In this document: in pieces, positions 17,122 through 26,270 of the stretch | Layout of the letters: each line of letters begins with the position of its first letter | Numbering within the stretch: position 1 is the stretch's first letter | Assembly (NCBI RefSeq): GCF_051903065.1 | Contig: NZ_CP178441.1 | DNA length: 42,047 bases | Direction: 5' to 3' (one strand) | DNA from: Escherichia coli | GTDB lineage: Bacteria; Pseudomonadota; Gammaproteobacteria; Enterobacterales; Enterobacteriaceae | Translations under genes and position numbers: made by a program | Notes under the pieces: model-generated | What the model was told of the DNA's origin: nothing | The model's database searches: none | The model's input: only the letters and a program-made list of their open reading frames with translations

Positions 17122-19239
17122 ATGGCAGAAGCTAAAGCGAAAAAACCATTTTATGAGATTGTGGCTGAAAACCTGATAGCCCAGCTTAAAGAGGGGACTG
17201 CTCCATGGCAGAAACCATGGAACCCCGGCGCTCCTGGTGTCGCATTGCCTATGAACCCTACGACGGGTAAACGTTATAAAGGCATTAACGCTATTCACCT
17301 TATGGCGCAGGGTTATAGCGATCAACGTTGGATGACCTATAAGCAGGCGACGGCTGCAAATGCGCAGGTAAGGAGAGGCGAAAAAGGCACGCCGATCCAA
17401 TACTGGAAATTTACTGAGGAACGCATCAAACGCAACGATGATGGTAGCGTTGTGCTCGATAAAGACGATAAACCGGTAAAAGAAACTGTCCAACTGGAGC
17501 GACCGAAGGTATTTAACGCAGTTGTGTTTAATGCGGAGCAGATTGACGGTCTACCGCCGATGGCCGTTCGCCAAGATAAGAGCTGGAACAGTATTGAACG
17601 TGCTGAATCTATTCTCGAAGCCTCTGGCGCGAAAATCTCTCATGACCAGGTTGACCGGGCTTTTTACCGTATGTCTACAGACAGCATTCATTTGCCGCAG
17701 CAGGCTTCCTTTCCAAGTGCTGATCGTTACTATGCCACTGCACTTCATGAATTGAGCCACTGGACAGGTCACGCATCGCGTCTTGATCGTGACCTGTCTC
17801 ATCCTTTTGGAAGTGAAGGTTACGCCAGAGAAGAACTACGCGCAGAGATTGCCAGTATGATCATTGGCGATGAACTGGGGATAGGTCATGACCCTTCCCA
17901 GCATGTTGCCTATGTAAAATCTTGGATTAAAGCCTTACAGGATGATCCGCTGGAAATTTTCCGTGCAGCAGCTGATGCTGAAAAAATCCAGGGGTTCGTG
18001 TTGGGCCTTGAACAACAGAGAATACAGGAACAACCGGTAACTCTGGAAAGAGAGCAGCGCGAAAAAGAGCATAATGAGGTAATGGCTGAGGTACAGCGGC
18101 TGACTAACCCGCAGATTTTCGATGCGGAAACAGCTCAACTCTATCATTTCACATTCATGACACTGGAGCAGACAGCTGAGGAAGCTGGTTACGTTACCTA
18201 TTACAGCCGTGGCACTGGTGAGCTGGGCGAAGAAACTATTCGGGTTAATTACGAAGACAGTAATGGAAATACTATTCCTGTTCATACTGATGTGGTTGGG
18301 CGCGGAAAAGCATTGACATATATCGGTGATGAGCGTGTCCCCGGAACGGGATTTTCATCCGATAATGAATGGCAAAGCAATGCTCTTAAAACCGCTTTCG
18401 CCAGCATGGATAACAACCTAACTTTAGTCGCTAAAAAAGTTCATAGTCAGATTGAAAATATCAGTGGAGACCCGCGAGAGTTACCGCAGGATGTTAAGTT
18501 TCCTAAAAACTGGTGGCCTAATTCCAGTTTTCTGGCGTCGACCCCAAGTGTGGAGAACTCAAAAGCAGCTGCAGAGGCTGATATGACCACTAAAACTGAA
18601 ACGTCTATTACATCAGCGCAGCAGCGCCAGTATCGTGCAGAGAAATTTATTCTTTCGAATCTCGATAGTGGTCTTTCTAAGCACGTTCAGAATATGAACC
18701 GTCGCCAGCTTACGTTGTCACGAAACGTTCTCTATGATGCTCAAAATAGCAATCAGGATAGTGATTTTTGGCAGCGTAACAAGGAATTTCATTCTTCGTT
18801 CAGTCAAAACTGGAATGAGGCTCAGGACAAGATCAAGAGCGCATACCGTGAGATTGATTTTGCATTATCACTTCTACCAGAGCCGAAATATAACATTGTG
18901 GAAAATCCTGGTCAGAATGAGCATGTGAATATAATCATGCAGACCAACAGTGCAGTTAAGGCGCTGGCCGCTGTTAACGAAGGGGATAATCGTTCAATTT
19001 ATGACTCACGTCTCATCAATAACGGTAAGGTCGATCTGAATGACCTGCAGAACAATTTTTATCAAACACTTGAAGCAGAAAAAGCAGCCTTAAAGCAAGG
19101 TATTATCAAGCCTGATGATGAGATTAGCGTGCTCCCACCAAGAGAAGCACAGGAATGGTATCAAGACCGTGTTGAAGGCTTGACGTATAGGAAATTGAAA
19201 AACCAGTCGATACCATTGTCCACGCCTTATGCCACGTGA
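17122..19239 (+). CDS. ardC: ArdC-like antirestriction protein (N-terminal ssDNA-binding domain plus HExxH metalloprotease) with a roughly 400-aa C-terminal extension
   Basis: N-terminal ...APWQKPW... ArdC-type segment and HExxH motif ALHELSHWTGH. Total length 705 aa versus about 300 aa for canonical ArdC. Confidence 0.7.
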   Translation: MAEAKAKKPFYEIVAENLIAQLKEGTAPWQKPWNPGAPGVALPMNPTTGKRYKGINAIHLMAQGYSDQRWMTYKQATAANAQVRRGEKGTPIQYWKFTEERIKRNDDGSVVLDKDDKPVKETVQLERPKVFNAVVFNAEQIDGLPPMAVRQDKSWNSIERAESILEASGAKISHDQVDRAFYRMSTDSIHLPQQASFPSADRYYATALHELSHWTGHASRLDRDLSHPFGSEGYAREELRAEIASMIIGDELGIGHDPSQHVAYVKSWIKALQDDPLEIFRAAADAEKIQGFVLGLEQQRIQEQPVTLEREQREKEHNEVMAEVQRLTNPQIFDAETAQLYHFTFMTLEQTAEEAGYVTYYSRGTGELGEETIRVNYEDSNGNTIPVHTDVVGRGKALTYIGDERVPGTGFSSDNEWQSNALKTAFASMDNNLTLVAKKVHSQIENISGDPRELPQDVKFPKNWWPNSSFLASTPSVENSKAAAEADMTTKTETSITSAQQRQYRAEKFILSNLDSGLSKHVQNMNRRQLTLSRNVLYDAQNSNQDSDFWQRNKEFHSSFSQNWNEAQDKIKSAYREIDFALSLLPEPKYNIVENPGQNEHVNIIMQTNSAVKALAAVNEGDNRSIYDSRLINNGKVDLNDLQNNFYQTLEAEKAALKQGIIKPDDEISVLPPREAQEWYQDRVEGLTYRKLKNQSIPLSTPYAT

Positions 19240-19503
19240 GCCTTTCTGCTTTTCCCACCACTCCGGTGGTTTCCCTCTCTGTATGGTCGATTTTTATACC
19301 GTAACAGGCTGTTTTTTATACTTTCACCGATTCCCGGGCACACTTAGCCTGTGTCAGGCCGGCATATACCTCAGTAGACTGATATCCCGCGCGTTTTTCT
19401 TCAGCCCTGATACATTCAGCCCCGCAATGGCCCGGCGGTATACCATCCGGCAGCCACACAGCACGCATTCGAACGGGTCACGACTCAGGAACTGTTTCAC
19501 CAT

Positions 19504-21291
19504 TTGTGCATAGCACACTTTCGCCACTGGTTCATGGAGGACGCTGACAGCCCGGATGAACTGAAAAGCGCTCTGGATGCGCTTGGCCCAGAACCGGGAG
19601 ATAATGAGGCTGTTTTCCTTGGTGAAGATGGAGGGCGAATTCTTCCAGAATTCAGTCTGAACGTTACGCAGGAAAATACTCCAATCAATGTCCCCTACAA
19701 AGAACGCAATGAAGCTAAAGCGCTTGGGGCAAAATGGGATCGAACCGAACAGACCTGGTTTGTACCAAAAGGTGTATCTCTGGATAAATTTGCAAAATGG
19801 GTTGGTGGGCCAACTGCAGAAAACAATTCATCTGTCGTATCTGTGAAAGAAGTAACGCCAAAAGTGGGTGAGCGTCAGAATCTGGCTGTCCCTTATAAAG
19901 ACCGCGCAGAAGCTAAAGCAGCTGGTGCTAAATGGGACAAAGAGAAAAAAACTTGGTATGCCGAAGCTGGGGCAGATATGCAAAAACTGGCGAAGTGGAA
20001 ACCGGAAAATGTGGTGATCGAACAGTCACCGGCCATGACGCTAAAGGAGGAAGTAGAAACCGCGCTGAAAGATATTGGGTGCATCCTTGATGCCGATACT
20101 GACAAAGGACAGAAACATCCAATTATGGATGGTAAGAAGCATCGGATCACGGTAGAGGGAGACAAGAAAGGGGAAAAGTCAGGTTTTTATATCATCTATA
20201 CTGACGGCCATCCTGCGGGCTTCATGCAGAACAACCGCACCAAAGAAGAGTTACGTTGGTCTTCCAAGGGAAATGTGATGTCCGACGAAGAAAAAGCGCT
20301 CCTGCGGGCGCAGGCTGCTCAGAAACAGGCCGAAAAAGCGGCACAGCAGCAAAAAGACCATGAGTCCTCTGCAAAGCGTGTTCAAAAGCAGCTCGCTAAA
20401 CTCAATGAACCTCAGCAGCAAACTGCTTACCTGAAGAAGAAAGGGCTGCAGGTACATAAAGGTGTGTTCACTGATAAGGACGGACAGAAAACCTTTATTC
20501 CTGCTTATGATGTCCATGGTAAGCAATGGACTATGCAGTACATCAACGAGGACGGCACAAAACGTTTTGCCAAAAATGCTCGCAAAGAGGGATGTTTCCA
20601 TGTCATTGGCGGGCTGGATGCGCTTAAAAAATCTCCGGTGTTGATTGTGGCCGAAGGTTACGCAACGGCAGGGAGCATCACAGAGGCTACTAATATACCA
20701 ACGGTCGCCGCCTTCGATTCAGGTAATCTGGAATCTGTCGCGAAAACGCTTAAAGAAGCCTACCCCGATAAGCCAATCATCATTGCCGGTGATGATGATA
20801 TTTCTCAGTCATGCAAAATGAAGGTGAAGGATAAAGCCAGTGTAAACGTCGGCAGGGAAAAAGCGCTGGAAACAGCGAAAGCTGTCGGCGGTGTGGCTGT
20901 GTTTCCAGTTTTTGCTAAAGGTGAATTACCTGGGAAAGACGAACTCAGCCAGATTAAACCGGCGGCGTATCTTGCACACCAGACCGCCTCGCGCAAACTG
21001 GAGGCCCATACGAGCGGTGATAAGCCACTCTCGGATGCCGAAGTGAAGGTTCTGCAGGCAGCACAGCTATCGGAAAAGCAGCTTGATATTATTCGCCGCG
21101 CTGATCGTTACACTGACTTTAACGATCTGGCCGTAAATAGTTCTCTTGGCCGGGAAGGTGTGGCGATGCAGTTGAAAGCCGTCATTGCTGACCAGCTGAA
21201 TAAAAAACAGCAGCAGTCACAGGTCCAGATCGAAGAGAAGAAACTCGTTCAGGAAAAAGAGAAAAAACGGACCATTCGCCACGCTATGTAA
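19504..21291 (+). CDS. traC: TraC-like DNA primase (Toprim domain); start uncertain (alternative ATG at 19534)
   Basis: Toprim segment VLIVAEGYATAGS...IIIAGDDD. Two N-terminal repeats of the ...AK..GAKWD...K.W motif. Confidence 0.75.
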   Translation: MCIAHFRHWFMEDADSPDELKSALDALGPEPGDNEAVFLGEDGGRILPEFSLNVTQENTPINVPYKERNEAKALGAKWDRTEQTWFVPKGVSLDKFAKWVGGPTAENNSSVVSVKEVTPKVGERQNLAVPYKDRAEAKAAGAKWDKEKKTWYAEAGADMQKLAKWKPENVVIEQSPAMTLKEEVETALKDIGCILDADTDKGQKHPIMDGKKHRITVEGDKKGEKSGFYIIYTDGHPAGFMQNNRTKEELRWSSKGNVMSDEEKALLRAQAAQKQAEKAAQQQKDHESSAKRVQKQLAKLNEPQQQTAYLKKKGLQVHKGVFTDKDGQKTFIPAYDVHGKQWTMQYINEDGTKRFAKNARKEGCFHVIGGLDALKKSPVLIVAEGYATAGSITEATNIPTVAAFDSGNLESVAKTLKEAYPDKPIIIAGDDDISQSCKMKVKDKASVNVGREKALETAKAVGGVAVFPVFAKGELPGKDELSQIKPAAYLAHQTASRKLEAHTSGDKPLSDAEVKVLQAAQLSEKQLDIIRRADRYTDFNDLAVNSSLGREGVAMQLKAVIADQLNKKQQQSQVQIEEKKLVQEKEKKRTIRHAM

Positions 21292-21386
21292 GATGTTCTG
21301 ACTCTGGCCTGCCTGCGGGCCAGTAAATTGCGCTCGCTTTAATGGTAAAATTAAATGCATCAAAAGATTACTTTTAAGGACAGAAA

Positions 21387-21878
21387 ATGAAAAAGATATA
21401 TACCGCAGCGTTTTTATTAATTTTTACCCCTTTAACTTATGCCACCGGATTTCCATGTGCTGGCTGTGGAATTGTTGATAATATGATAAAAGGAAAGGCT
21501 GATGAAACACCAATAATGGTGATGCTAGATACTCCGATTGAAAAAAATGACATTACGCCGAAGGAAATAAACTTAATATCACACGACGATAAATGTCTTT
21601 ACTCTGGTGTACTTACACAGACTCTTTCGAAAAATAAAGACAGCCGTATTATTGATGTCAATAAAAAGGTTTGCGGCTCGAATACTGAAAAGGTGTCTTA
21701 CTCCGTTTTGAGCATTAGTTCCAGCGAGCAATACAGCAAAGGCACACCGCTAAAGCTGTATCATGTCGCCGTAATGACTTCGGCAGGTCCGTTGTTCAGC
21801 GCTGATGTAATGAGCGAAATGATTAAAGATATTGCAGATGCAGTAGAACAGGCTAAGGCAAAAGGACTGACTAAGTGA
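21387..21878 (+). CDS. secreted/periplasmic hypothetical protein
   Basis: N-terminal signal peptide MKKIYTAAFLLIFTPLTYA. AT-rich. RBS AAGGA. Confidence 0.55.
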   Translation: MKKIYTAAFLLIFTPLTYATGFPCAGCGIVDNMIKGKADETPIMVMLDTPIEKNDITPKEINLISHDDKCLYSGVLTQTLSKNKDSRIIDVNKKVCGSNTEKVSYSVLSISSSEQYSKGTPLKLYHVAVMTSAGPLFSADVMSEMIKDIADAVEQAKAKGLTK

Positions 21879-22090
21879 GTCATTCAGATAAAAGGTCCGA
21901 GTTTTTGTATATGTTCCGGCGTTGCAGAACGATAGATACAGTTGAACGCCTTTATGAACATAAGCGGGACATTGTTTCTTCTGAACATCTTAGCGATTTT
22001 CTGAGTGCTTATGATCATCGCAAGGCAGAAATTTATCATGGAAAAATCTGGGATAAGGTTCCTGCGTCTGCCTGGCGGAATGTGAAATAA
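21875..22090 (+). CDS. hypothetical protein (71 aa), coupled to the upstream secreted protein gene
   Basis: GTGA start/stop overlap. Followed by a strong hairpin terminator. Confidence 0.4.
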   Translation: MSHSDKRSEFLYMFRRCRTIDTVERLYEHKRDIVSSEHLSDFLSAYDHRKAEIYHGKIWDKVPASAWRNVK

Positions 22091-22120
22091 AACAGCCGGG
22101 TAAACCCCGGCTGTTGTTAA
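22091..22120. terminator. bidirectional terminator hairpin (AACAGCCGGG-TAAAC-CCCGGCTGTT) between convergent operons
   Basis: 10-bp perfect stem with T-rich and A-rich flanks. Confidence 0.65.
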
Positions 22121-22122
22121 TT

Positions 22123-22135
22123 TTTAGCGGCTAAA
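22123..22135. promoter_or_regulatory. KorB-type operator TTTAGCGGCTAAA
   Basis: Perfect OB consensus between convergent genes. Confidence 0.55.
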
Positions 22136-22146
22136 ATAAATGAACG

Positions 22147-23133
22147 TTAATCATCATGGTCCAAAGGAGCTGAGTTTTTAATAGCTTCAATTTCATCAAG
22201 CAATCTTTTATTACGCTTTATTGCATCTTCAATGCGACGAATCAGCGCCTCATCACCTTTCCAGTAATTAAATTTACCTCTTTGACTTTTATCCCAAATA
22301 TCCTCCCACCACATGCTTTCATTTACACGATAATCCTTGAGAAGCATCAGTGGATAGGCTTGTTCCTCTTCTCTGATTTGCTTATAAGCAGATCGCGGCA
22401 TAAGGTAGCCTTTGACGTTTACATCAAGTTTGACAAAACTCTTGTACAGCGCCCGAAGAGTGACAAAAAAATCAGCCAAATCAGACTCGCCACCGGCTCC
22501 AATGACTTCACTTACGTGTAGGTTTGTCCAGAACGCATCAACATACCGTGTATTTTCAAACTCACGGAGTATCAGAAGTGCTCCTATATCACTATCTTCC
22601 CTTAGCAGCCTGATGTCTGTGACTTTATTACCATCACTATCAGGTCTGAGAAGGTGCTTAACAGCAGCCCGGCCTGTGCCGTGCATTCTGACGCCTGAGT
22701 TCCATTCATACACATCCCCCTCACCGTGAATTAACCAGTCGGCGCGACAACCAAATAACTTGCTTAACCGCTGCAGCTCAGTGAAGGAAGGGAGTACGTC
22801 ACCACTGAACCAGTTGGCGACAAGGCCAAGATCTTCAATCCCCAGCTCTACGGCCACATTGGACGGCACAAGAGGTTTGTAGTTACGGAATTGGTTGGTT
22901 TTCCGCAGAACTGTATTGAGGCGGCCAGACACTTCCTGCCGGTATAGTTCTTCTCCAGAATAAACCTGCTCAGGAGGTGCTATCCATTTCAACAGAGCAT
23001 AGCGGGCCTCACCTTCGACCGAACGTTGATTTTCGTTTGCTAACTGTTCTAGGGCGAAATATGCATCGTCCGGGAAATTTCTGACCTGAAATTTTTTCAT
23101 AACGCACCATTTTGGGAGAATGTGTGGCTTCAT
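22147..23133 (-). CDS. RHH (Arc/CopG-like) plus XRE-HTH-like protein with a large unknown C-terminal domain; start may be the internal ATG at 23100
   Basis: N-terminus KKFQVRNFPDDAYFALEQLANENQRSVEGEARYAL is RHH-like. A mid segment ...LQRLSKLFGCRADWLIHGEG is HTH-like. Downstream of a KorC-operator promoter region. Confidence 0.55.
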   Translation of the reverse strand: MKPHILPKWCVMKKFQVRNFPDDAYFALEQLANENQRSVEGEARYALLKWIAPPEQVYSGEELYRQEVSGRLNTVLRKTNQFRNYKPLVPSNVAVELGIEDLGLVANWFSGDVLPSFTELQRLSKLFGCRADWLIHGEGDVYEWNSGVRMHGTGRAAVKHLLRPDSDGNKVTDIRLLREDSDIGALLILREFENTRYVDAFWTNLHVSEVIGAGGESDLADFFVTLRALYKSFVKLDVNVKGYLMPRSAYKQIREEEQAYPLMLLKDYRVNESMWWEDIWDKSQRGKFNYWKGDEALIRRIEDAIKRNKRLLDEIEAIKNSAPLDHDD

Positions 23134-23207
23134 AATGAGGGCGGTTTGTCTTCATTGAAAGTTTCAAATTAATTCTATATGTATCTATTTGTTTTCAATA
23201 AGATCTA

Positions 23208-23414
23208 TTAAAAACCAATAAGTCTGCATTCATGGCTGACCATTTGGCTCAGGTAACGTGGTATCTGCTCGACCAAGTGGATGTTCGTCTCAGCGAGTTT
23301 TTCAATCTCATCAATGGTAACGGTTGGCAGAGCATGGATGAAATCTGACAGGGAAAGATGCTCCAGTGGCCGTCTGTCATATGATGCTGTTTTGCTATAG
23401 GATATACGGGACAT
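23208..23414 (-). CDS. small hypothetical protein (68 aa), first gene downstream of the KorC operators
   Basis: AAGGAA RBS upstream of the ATG. Confidence 0.5.
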   Translation of the reverse strand: MSRISYSKTASYDRRPLEHLSLSDFIHALPTVTIDEIEKLAETNIHLVEQIPRYLSQMVSHECRLIGF

Positions 23415-23445
23415 TTCAAATTCCTTGCACGGATTTTAGGTGTCG

Positions 23446-23471
23446 GATAGGGAGGTTGCAGCCTCCCTATC
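23446..23471. repeat. perfect 10-bp inverted repeat GATAGGGAGG-N6-CCTCCCTATC
   Basis: Read directly. Lies in the divergent intergenic region next to the KorC-type operators. Confidence 0.6.
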
Positions 23472-23481
23472 ATCCTTTGTA

Positions 23482-23524
23482 TAGGACATTATGTCCTGCA
23501 CCTATGATAGGACATTTTGTCCTA
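23482..23524. promoter_or_regulatory. two KorC-type operators (TAGGACATTATGTCCTG at 23482..23498; TAGGACATTTTGTCCTA at 23508..23524) in a divergent promoter region
   Basis: Same 17-bp palindrome family as at 1255..1271 and 41307..41323. Confidence 0.6.
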
Positions 23525-23567
23525 TTTGCAAGTGATTTTCAAACCGTCTAAGGATTGGGAGTGCGCC

Positions 23568-23678
23568 GTGCTATATATGTTAATCTGCAGTGTTCTGATG
23601 CTGGCACTGGTAAATGGCAAAAGTAAAGATTTGACTAAAGGCATTGATAAGCTGCAGGATGAATTTAAAGATAAATAG
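23568..23678 (+). CDS. possible small hydrophobic peptide (about 36 aa, GTG start)
   Basis: Short ORF with GGGA RBS and a hydrophobic N-terminus (LICSVLMLALV). Below the ORF-track size cutoff. Confidence 0.3.
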   Translation: MLYMLICSVLMLALVNGKSKDLTKGIDKLQDEFKDK

Positions 23679-23692
23679 AAGGAAGAGAATTA

Positions 23693-23890
23693 ATGGAAAT
23701 TTTCTTGAAGCCGCTGGGTATGGGGGCAGTGGCTGTATTTATCGGGATTGTTTTGCTCTGGCTTATTCCTGAATATAAAAAGACGCCCAGGAAAGCGGCT
23801 GTAGCTGTAATTAATATCGGAGTAGCTCTCATGCTCGCGGTGGCAGTAGGAATGATTGCAGTGATGATGATGACGCCAGCAGGAACCTGA
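23693..23890 (+). CDS. small membrane protein (65 aa, two predicted TM helices)
   Basis: AGGAAG RBS. Almost entirely hydrophobic sequence. Confidence 0.5.
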   Translation: MEIFLKPLGMGAVAVFIGIVLLWLIPEYKKTPRKAAVAVINIGVALMLAVAVGMIAVMMMTPAGT

Positions 23891-23898
23891 GAAAACTC

Positions 23899-23911
23899 TT
23901 TAGCGGCTAAA
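23899..23911. promoter_or_regulatory. KorB-type operator TTTAGCGGCTAAA
   Basis: Perfect OB consensus 9 nt after the 23693..23890 stop. Confidence 0.55.
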
Positions 23912-24060
23912 ATCGTAGCCGCTGATTTTACGAAATTTTCTTTTTCTTGGCGTAAATCGCATAGCAAATGACAGTAATCACAGCCCAGCAAATAATAAAA
24001 GGGTAGCTCTAAAAGAAGCCAAAGGGGAAATATAAAAAATAAGAGCAAATATTTTCATGT

Positions 24061-24948
24061 TTAACCCTCACCGTAAAGTAAACGTATTTGTTTGATAACG
24101 TTAGCCGCATCACCATTAACAAGTTTATGAAATTCTACAGCCATATCCTTTAGCTCGCTATCTTTCAGCAGCAGCTGCAGTCTCCCTAAGAAAAGTGACC
24201 ATGGTTTTTCGCTATCCATACGGCGGCCAAGGCGGGTATACGTACCGGCGTGGCATTTAGATTCTTCACCATTATGTACTGCGTTCATGAGCCTCACCAG
24301 TGCAATGAAAGTATCCCAATCATGGCGGGTATCAAATTGCGCGGTTTCACAGGTAAACGCCAGAACAGGAGGGCGGTTATCCTCCGGTGTATCGAAGGAA
24401 TTACTGTCATTTCCCCGGACAATAATCGTAAAGGTCTTGTTCCCAACCGTAAACGAATAATCGACGGATTGGATGCCTACCGGCGCGTGTTCGGTTGCAA
24501 ACGTCCTTCTGGATTCTTCATCACGAATATAGAAGCGATGTGCAAAGCCGAACAGATCCTGATAATAGTTAAGACTGCTTTCTATTAGGGTATTATCGAT
24601 GCGGTCACGTATTGCAAAGTAATCAGGGCCAGCCAAATGTTTGCTATCCAGTTGCTTCCTGGCCGCATCTGTCAAAAAAGCTATTTCAGCGGGAGTCAGA
24701 TCAGCAGGTTCATTTGTATTCCAAGGATCGCAAATTTTGTGATGAAGCCTTGAAAGCGTTTTGACCGGTTCAGCTACAAGCCGTGTAAGTTCATTCTGTG
24801 TTCCGTCATTAGCAATATTGTTTAGTGAGTTCTCTATCAGGTTAACCAGGAAAGCGTTAACTGACAGGTTACTTGCTTTTGCATAGGTTTTGATGCGCTC
24901 GACTTGCTCTCGCGACGTTCGCAATGAAATCTGTGTTAACTCCATCAT
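24061..24948 (-). CDS. RHH-domain protein with large unknown C-terminal domain, apparent paralog of 22147..23133 (ORF track start 25008)
   Basis: N-terminus ISLRTSREQVERIKTYAKASNLSVNAFLVNLIENSL is RHH-like. AGGAG RBS before the ATG at 24948. C-terminal region shows loose similarity to that of the 22147..23133 product. Confidence 0.55.
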   Translation of the reverse strand: MMELTQISLRTSREQVERIKTYAKASNLSVNAFLVNLIENSLNNIANDGTQNELTRLVAEPVKTLSRLHHKICDPWNTNEPADLTPAEIAFLTDAARKQLDSKHLAGPDYFAIRDRIDNTLIESSLNYYQDLFGFAHRFYIRDEESRRTFATEHAPVGIQSVDYSFTVGNKTFTIIVRGNDSNSFDTPEDNRPPVLAFTCETAQFDTRHDWDTFIALVRLMNAVHNGEESKCHAGTYTRLGRRMDSEKPWSLFLGRLQLLLKDSELKDMAVEFHKLVNGDAANVIKQIRLLYGEG

Positions 24949-24958
24949 TTCACTCCTA

Positions 24959-24985
24959 TTGAATGATTTATCATTGAATGATGCT
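24959..24985. promoter_or_regulatory. candidate operator: AATGAT-TT-ATCATT palindrome plus a third AATGAT direct copy, upstream of the RHH gene
   Basis: Repeats read directly in the leader of 24061..24948. RHH regulators commonly autoregulate through such repeats. Confidence 0.35.
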
Positions 24986-25175
24986 ACCACATCTAAAAGT
25001 GATGTCATTTCATTTTTATCACATTAATGGCTTTTTTAAGTTGCCTTGATTGACCTAGCCAGTTTAAGCTGTATTTGCAGTAAAAAAGCCATACACTTAA
25101 CGAGTGGGCTTTTAGGGTATACCTTAATTAACTAGCCTACGCATTTACTTTAAAGGCACTTGAGAAGGAGATTAA

Positions 25176-25541
25176 ATGAATTTTATTGCTTTATGGCCTT
25201 TATTGCTGGCCCAAGTGACAGTGATGTCACTGACAGTGATTTTTCTTGCTGCTGACAGGCGTTTTTTTTCATGGGACTGTTTTGTTGTTTGCACTCTGTC
25301 CATGATGATGGCAGAAGGTATTGTTATTATGAAATATGAACTGTGGCATATCCCTCCTGCCCTGCTGGGTCTGGCAGGAGGGTTGTCATGGTCGCTGCTG
25401 CTACTCCATACAGGATATTTCTCAGGCATATCAGAAGGAGCGCATAAGCGTTTGTGGCTCGCTGTCGCCGCAGTGTTTTCTGGTGCGGGAATGATTATAT
25501 TCTACTGGTTGCTCCATGCATCAGAAAACATAATTAAATAA
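25176..25541 (+). CDS. small integral membrane protein (4 predicted TM helices)
   Basis: GGAG RBS. Hydrophobic throughout. Confidence 0.5.
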   Translation: MNFIALWPLLLAQVTVMSLTVIFLAADRRFFSWDCFVVCTLSMMMAEGIVIMKYELWHIPPALLGLAGGLSWSLLLLHTGYFSGISEGAHKRLWLAVAAVFSGAGMIIFYWLLHASENIIK

Positions 25542-25624
25542 CGAATGGATAATGCGAGAAAGAGACATAACCAGAGAATATTGATAGATGATTGCGTGAT
25601 TGATTTGCTGGGGTATTTTATTAT

Positions 25625-26239
25625 ATGAAAATAGCGCGAATATATTTGCGGGTTAGTACAGACGAACAAGATTTAACCCGGCAAAATGAAATTATTGAAA
25701 ATGCCAGGAATAATGGATTCTATGTTGCCGGTATCTATAAAGAAAAGGCGTCCGGTGCAAGAGCTGACCGCCCGGAACTGCAACGTATGATTGATGATCT
25801 GCAGCTAGACGAAGTAGTTATTGCAGAACATATAGATCGTATCAGTCGTTTACCGCTCGATAGTGCGTTAGCGTTAATAAACTCTATAAAAGAGCGGGGA
25901 GCGAAGCTCGCCATTCCCGGTATTGTGGATCTTACCGAACTGGCAAACGCTCAATCCGGTGTCGCGAAGGTCGTTCTGGAATCTGTTCAGGATATGTTAC
26001 TCAAAGTTGCCCTACAGTTGGCAAGGGATGAGTATGAAAACCGTCGTAAACGCCAGAAAGAGGGTATTGAGCTGGCTAAACGGCAAGGCCGGTATCAGGG
26101 GCGAACTGCAAATCTACGGCTCCATAAACGCATCATTGAGTATCGTTCAAGGAAGACGAGTATTGCGGAAACAGCGAAACTTTGTGAATGTAGCGTTAGT
26201 CTTGTAAAAGCTGTATGGTCTAAACATAAAAATAAGTAA
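25625..26239 (+). CDS. serine recombinase (resolvase/invertase family)
   Basis: Catalytic N-terminal motif YLRVSTDEQDLTRQ and a C-terminal HTH. Typical length of about 200 aa. Confidence 0.85.
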   Translation: MKIARIYLRVSTDEQDLTRQNEIIENARNNGFYVAGIYKEKASGARADRPELQRMIDDLQLDEVVIAEHIDRISRLPLDSALALINSIKERGAKLAIPGIVDLTELANAQSGVAKVVLESVQDMLLKVALQLARDEYENRRKRQKEGIELAKRQGRYQGRTANLRLHKRIIEYRSRKTSIAETAKLCECSVSLVKAVWSKHKNK

Positions 26240-26270
26240 TTAAATTTAAATAATATAAGGTAGAGATTAA

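Noticed and set aside
19240-19275. Possible terminator hairpin after ardC (ACCAC-TCCG-GTGGT)
   Set aside because: Only a 5-bp stem with no T-run, too weak to call.
19229-19513. 94-aa ORF between ardC and the primase gene
   Set aside because: Cys/Phe-rich product typical of non-coding translation, no RBS; more likely the primase leader or promoter region.
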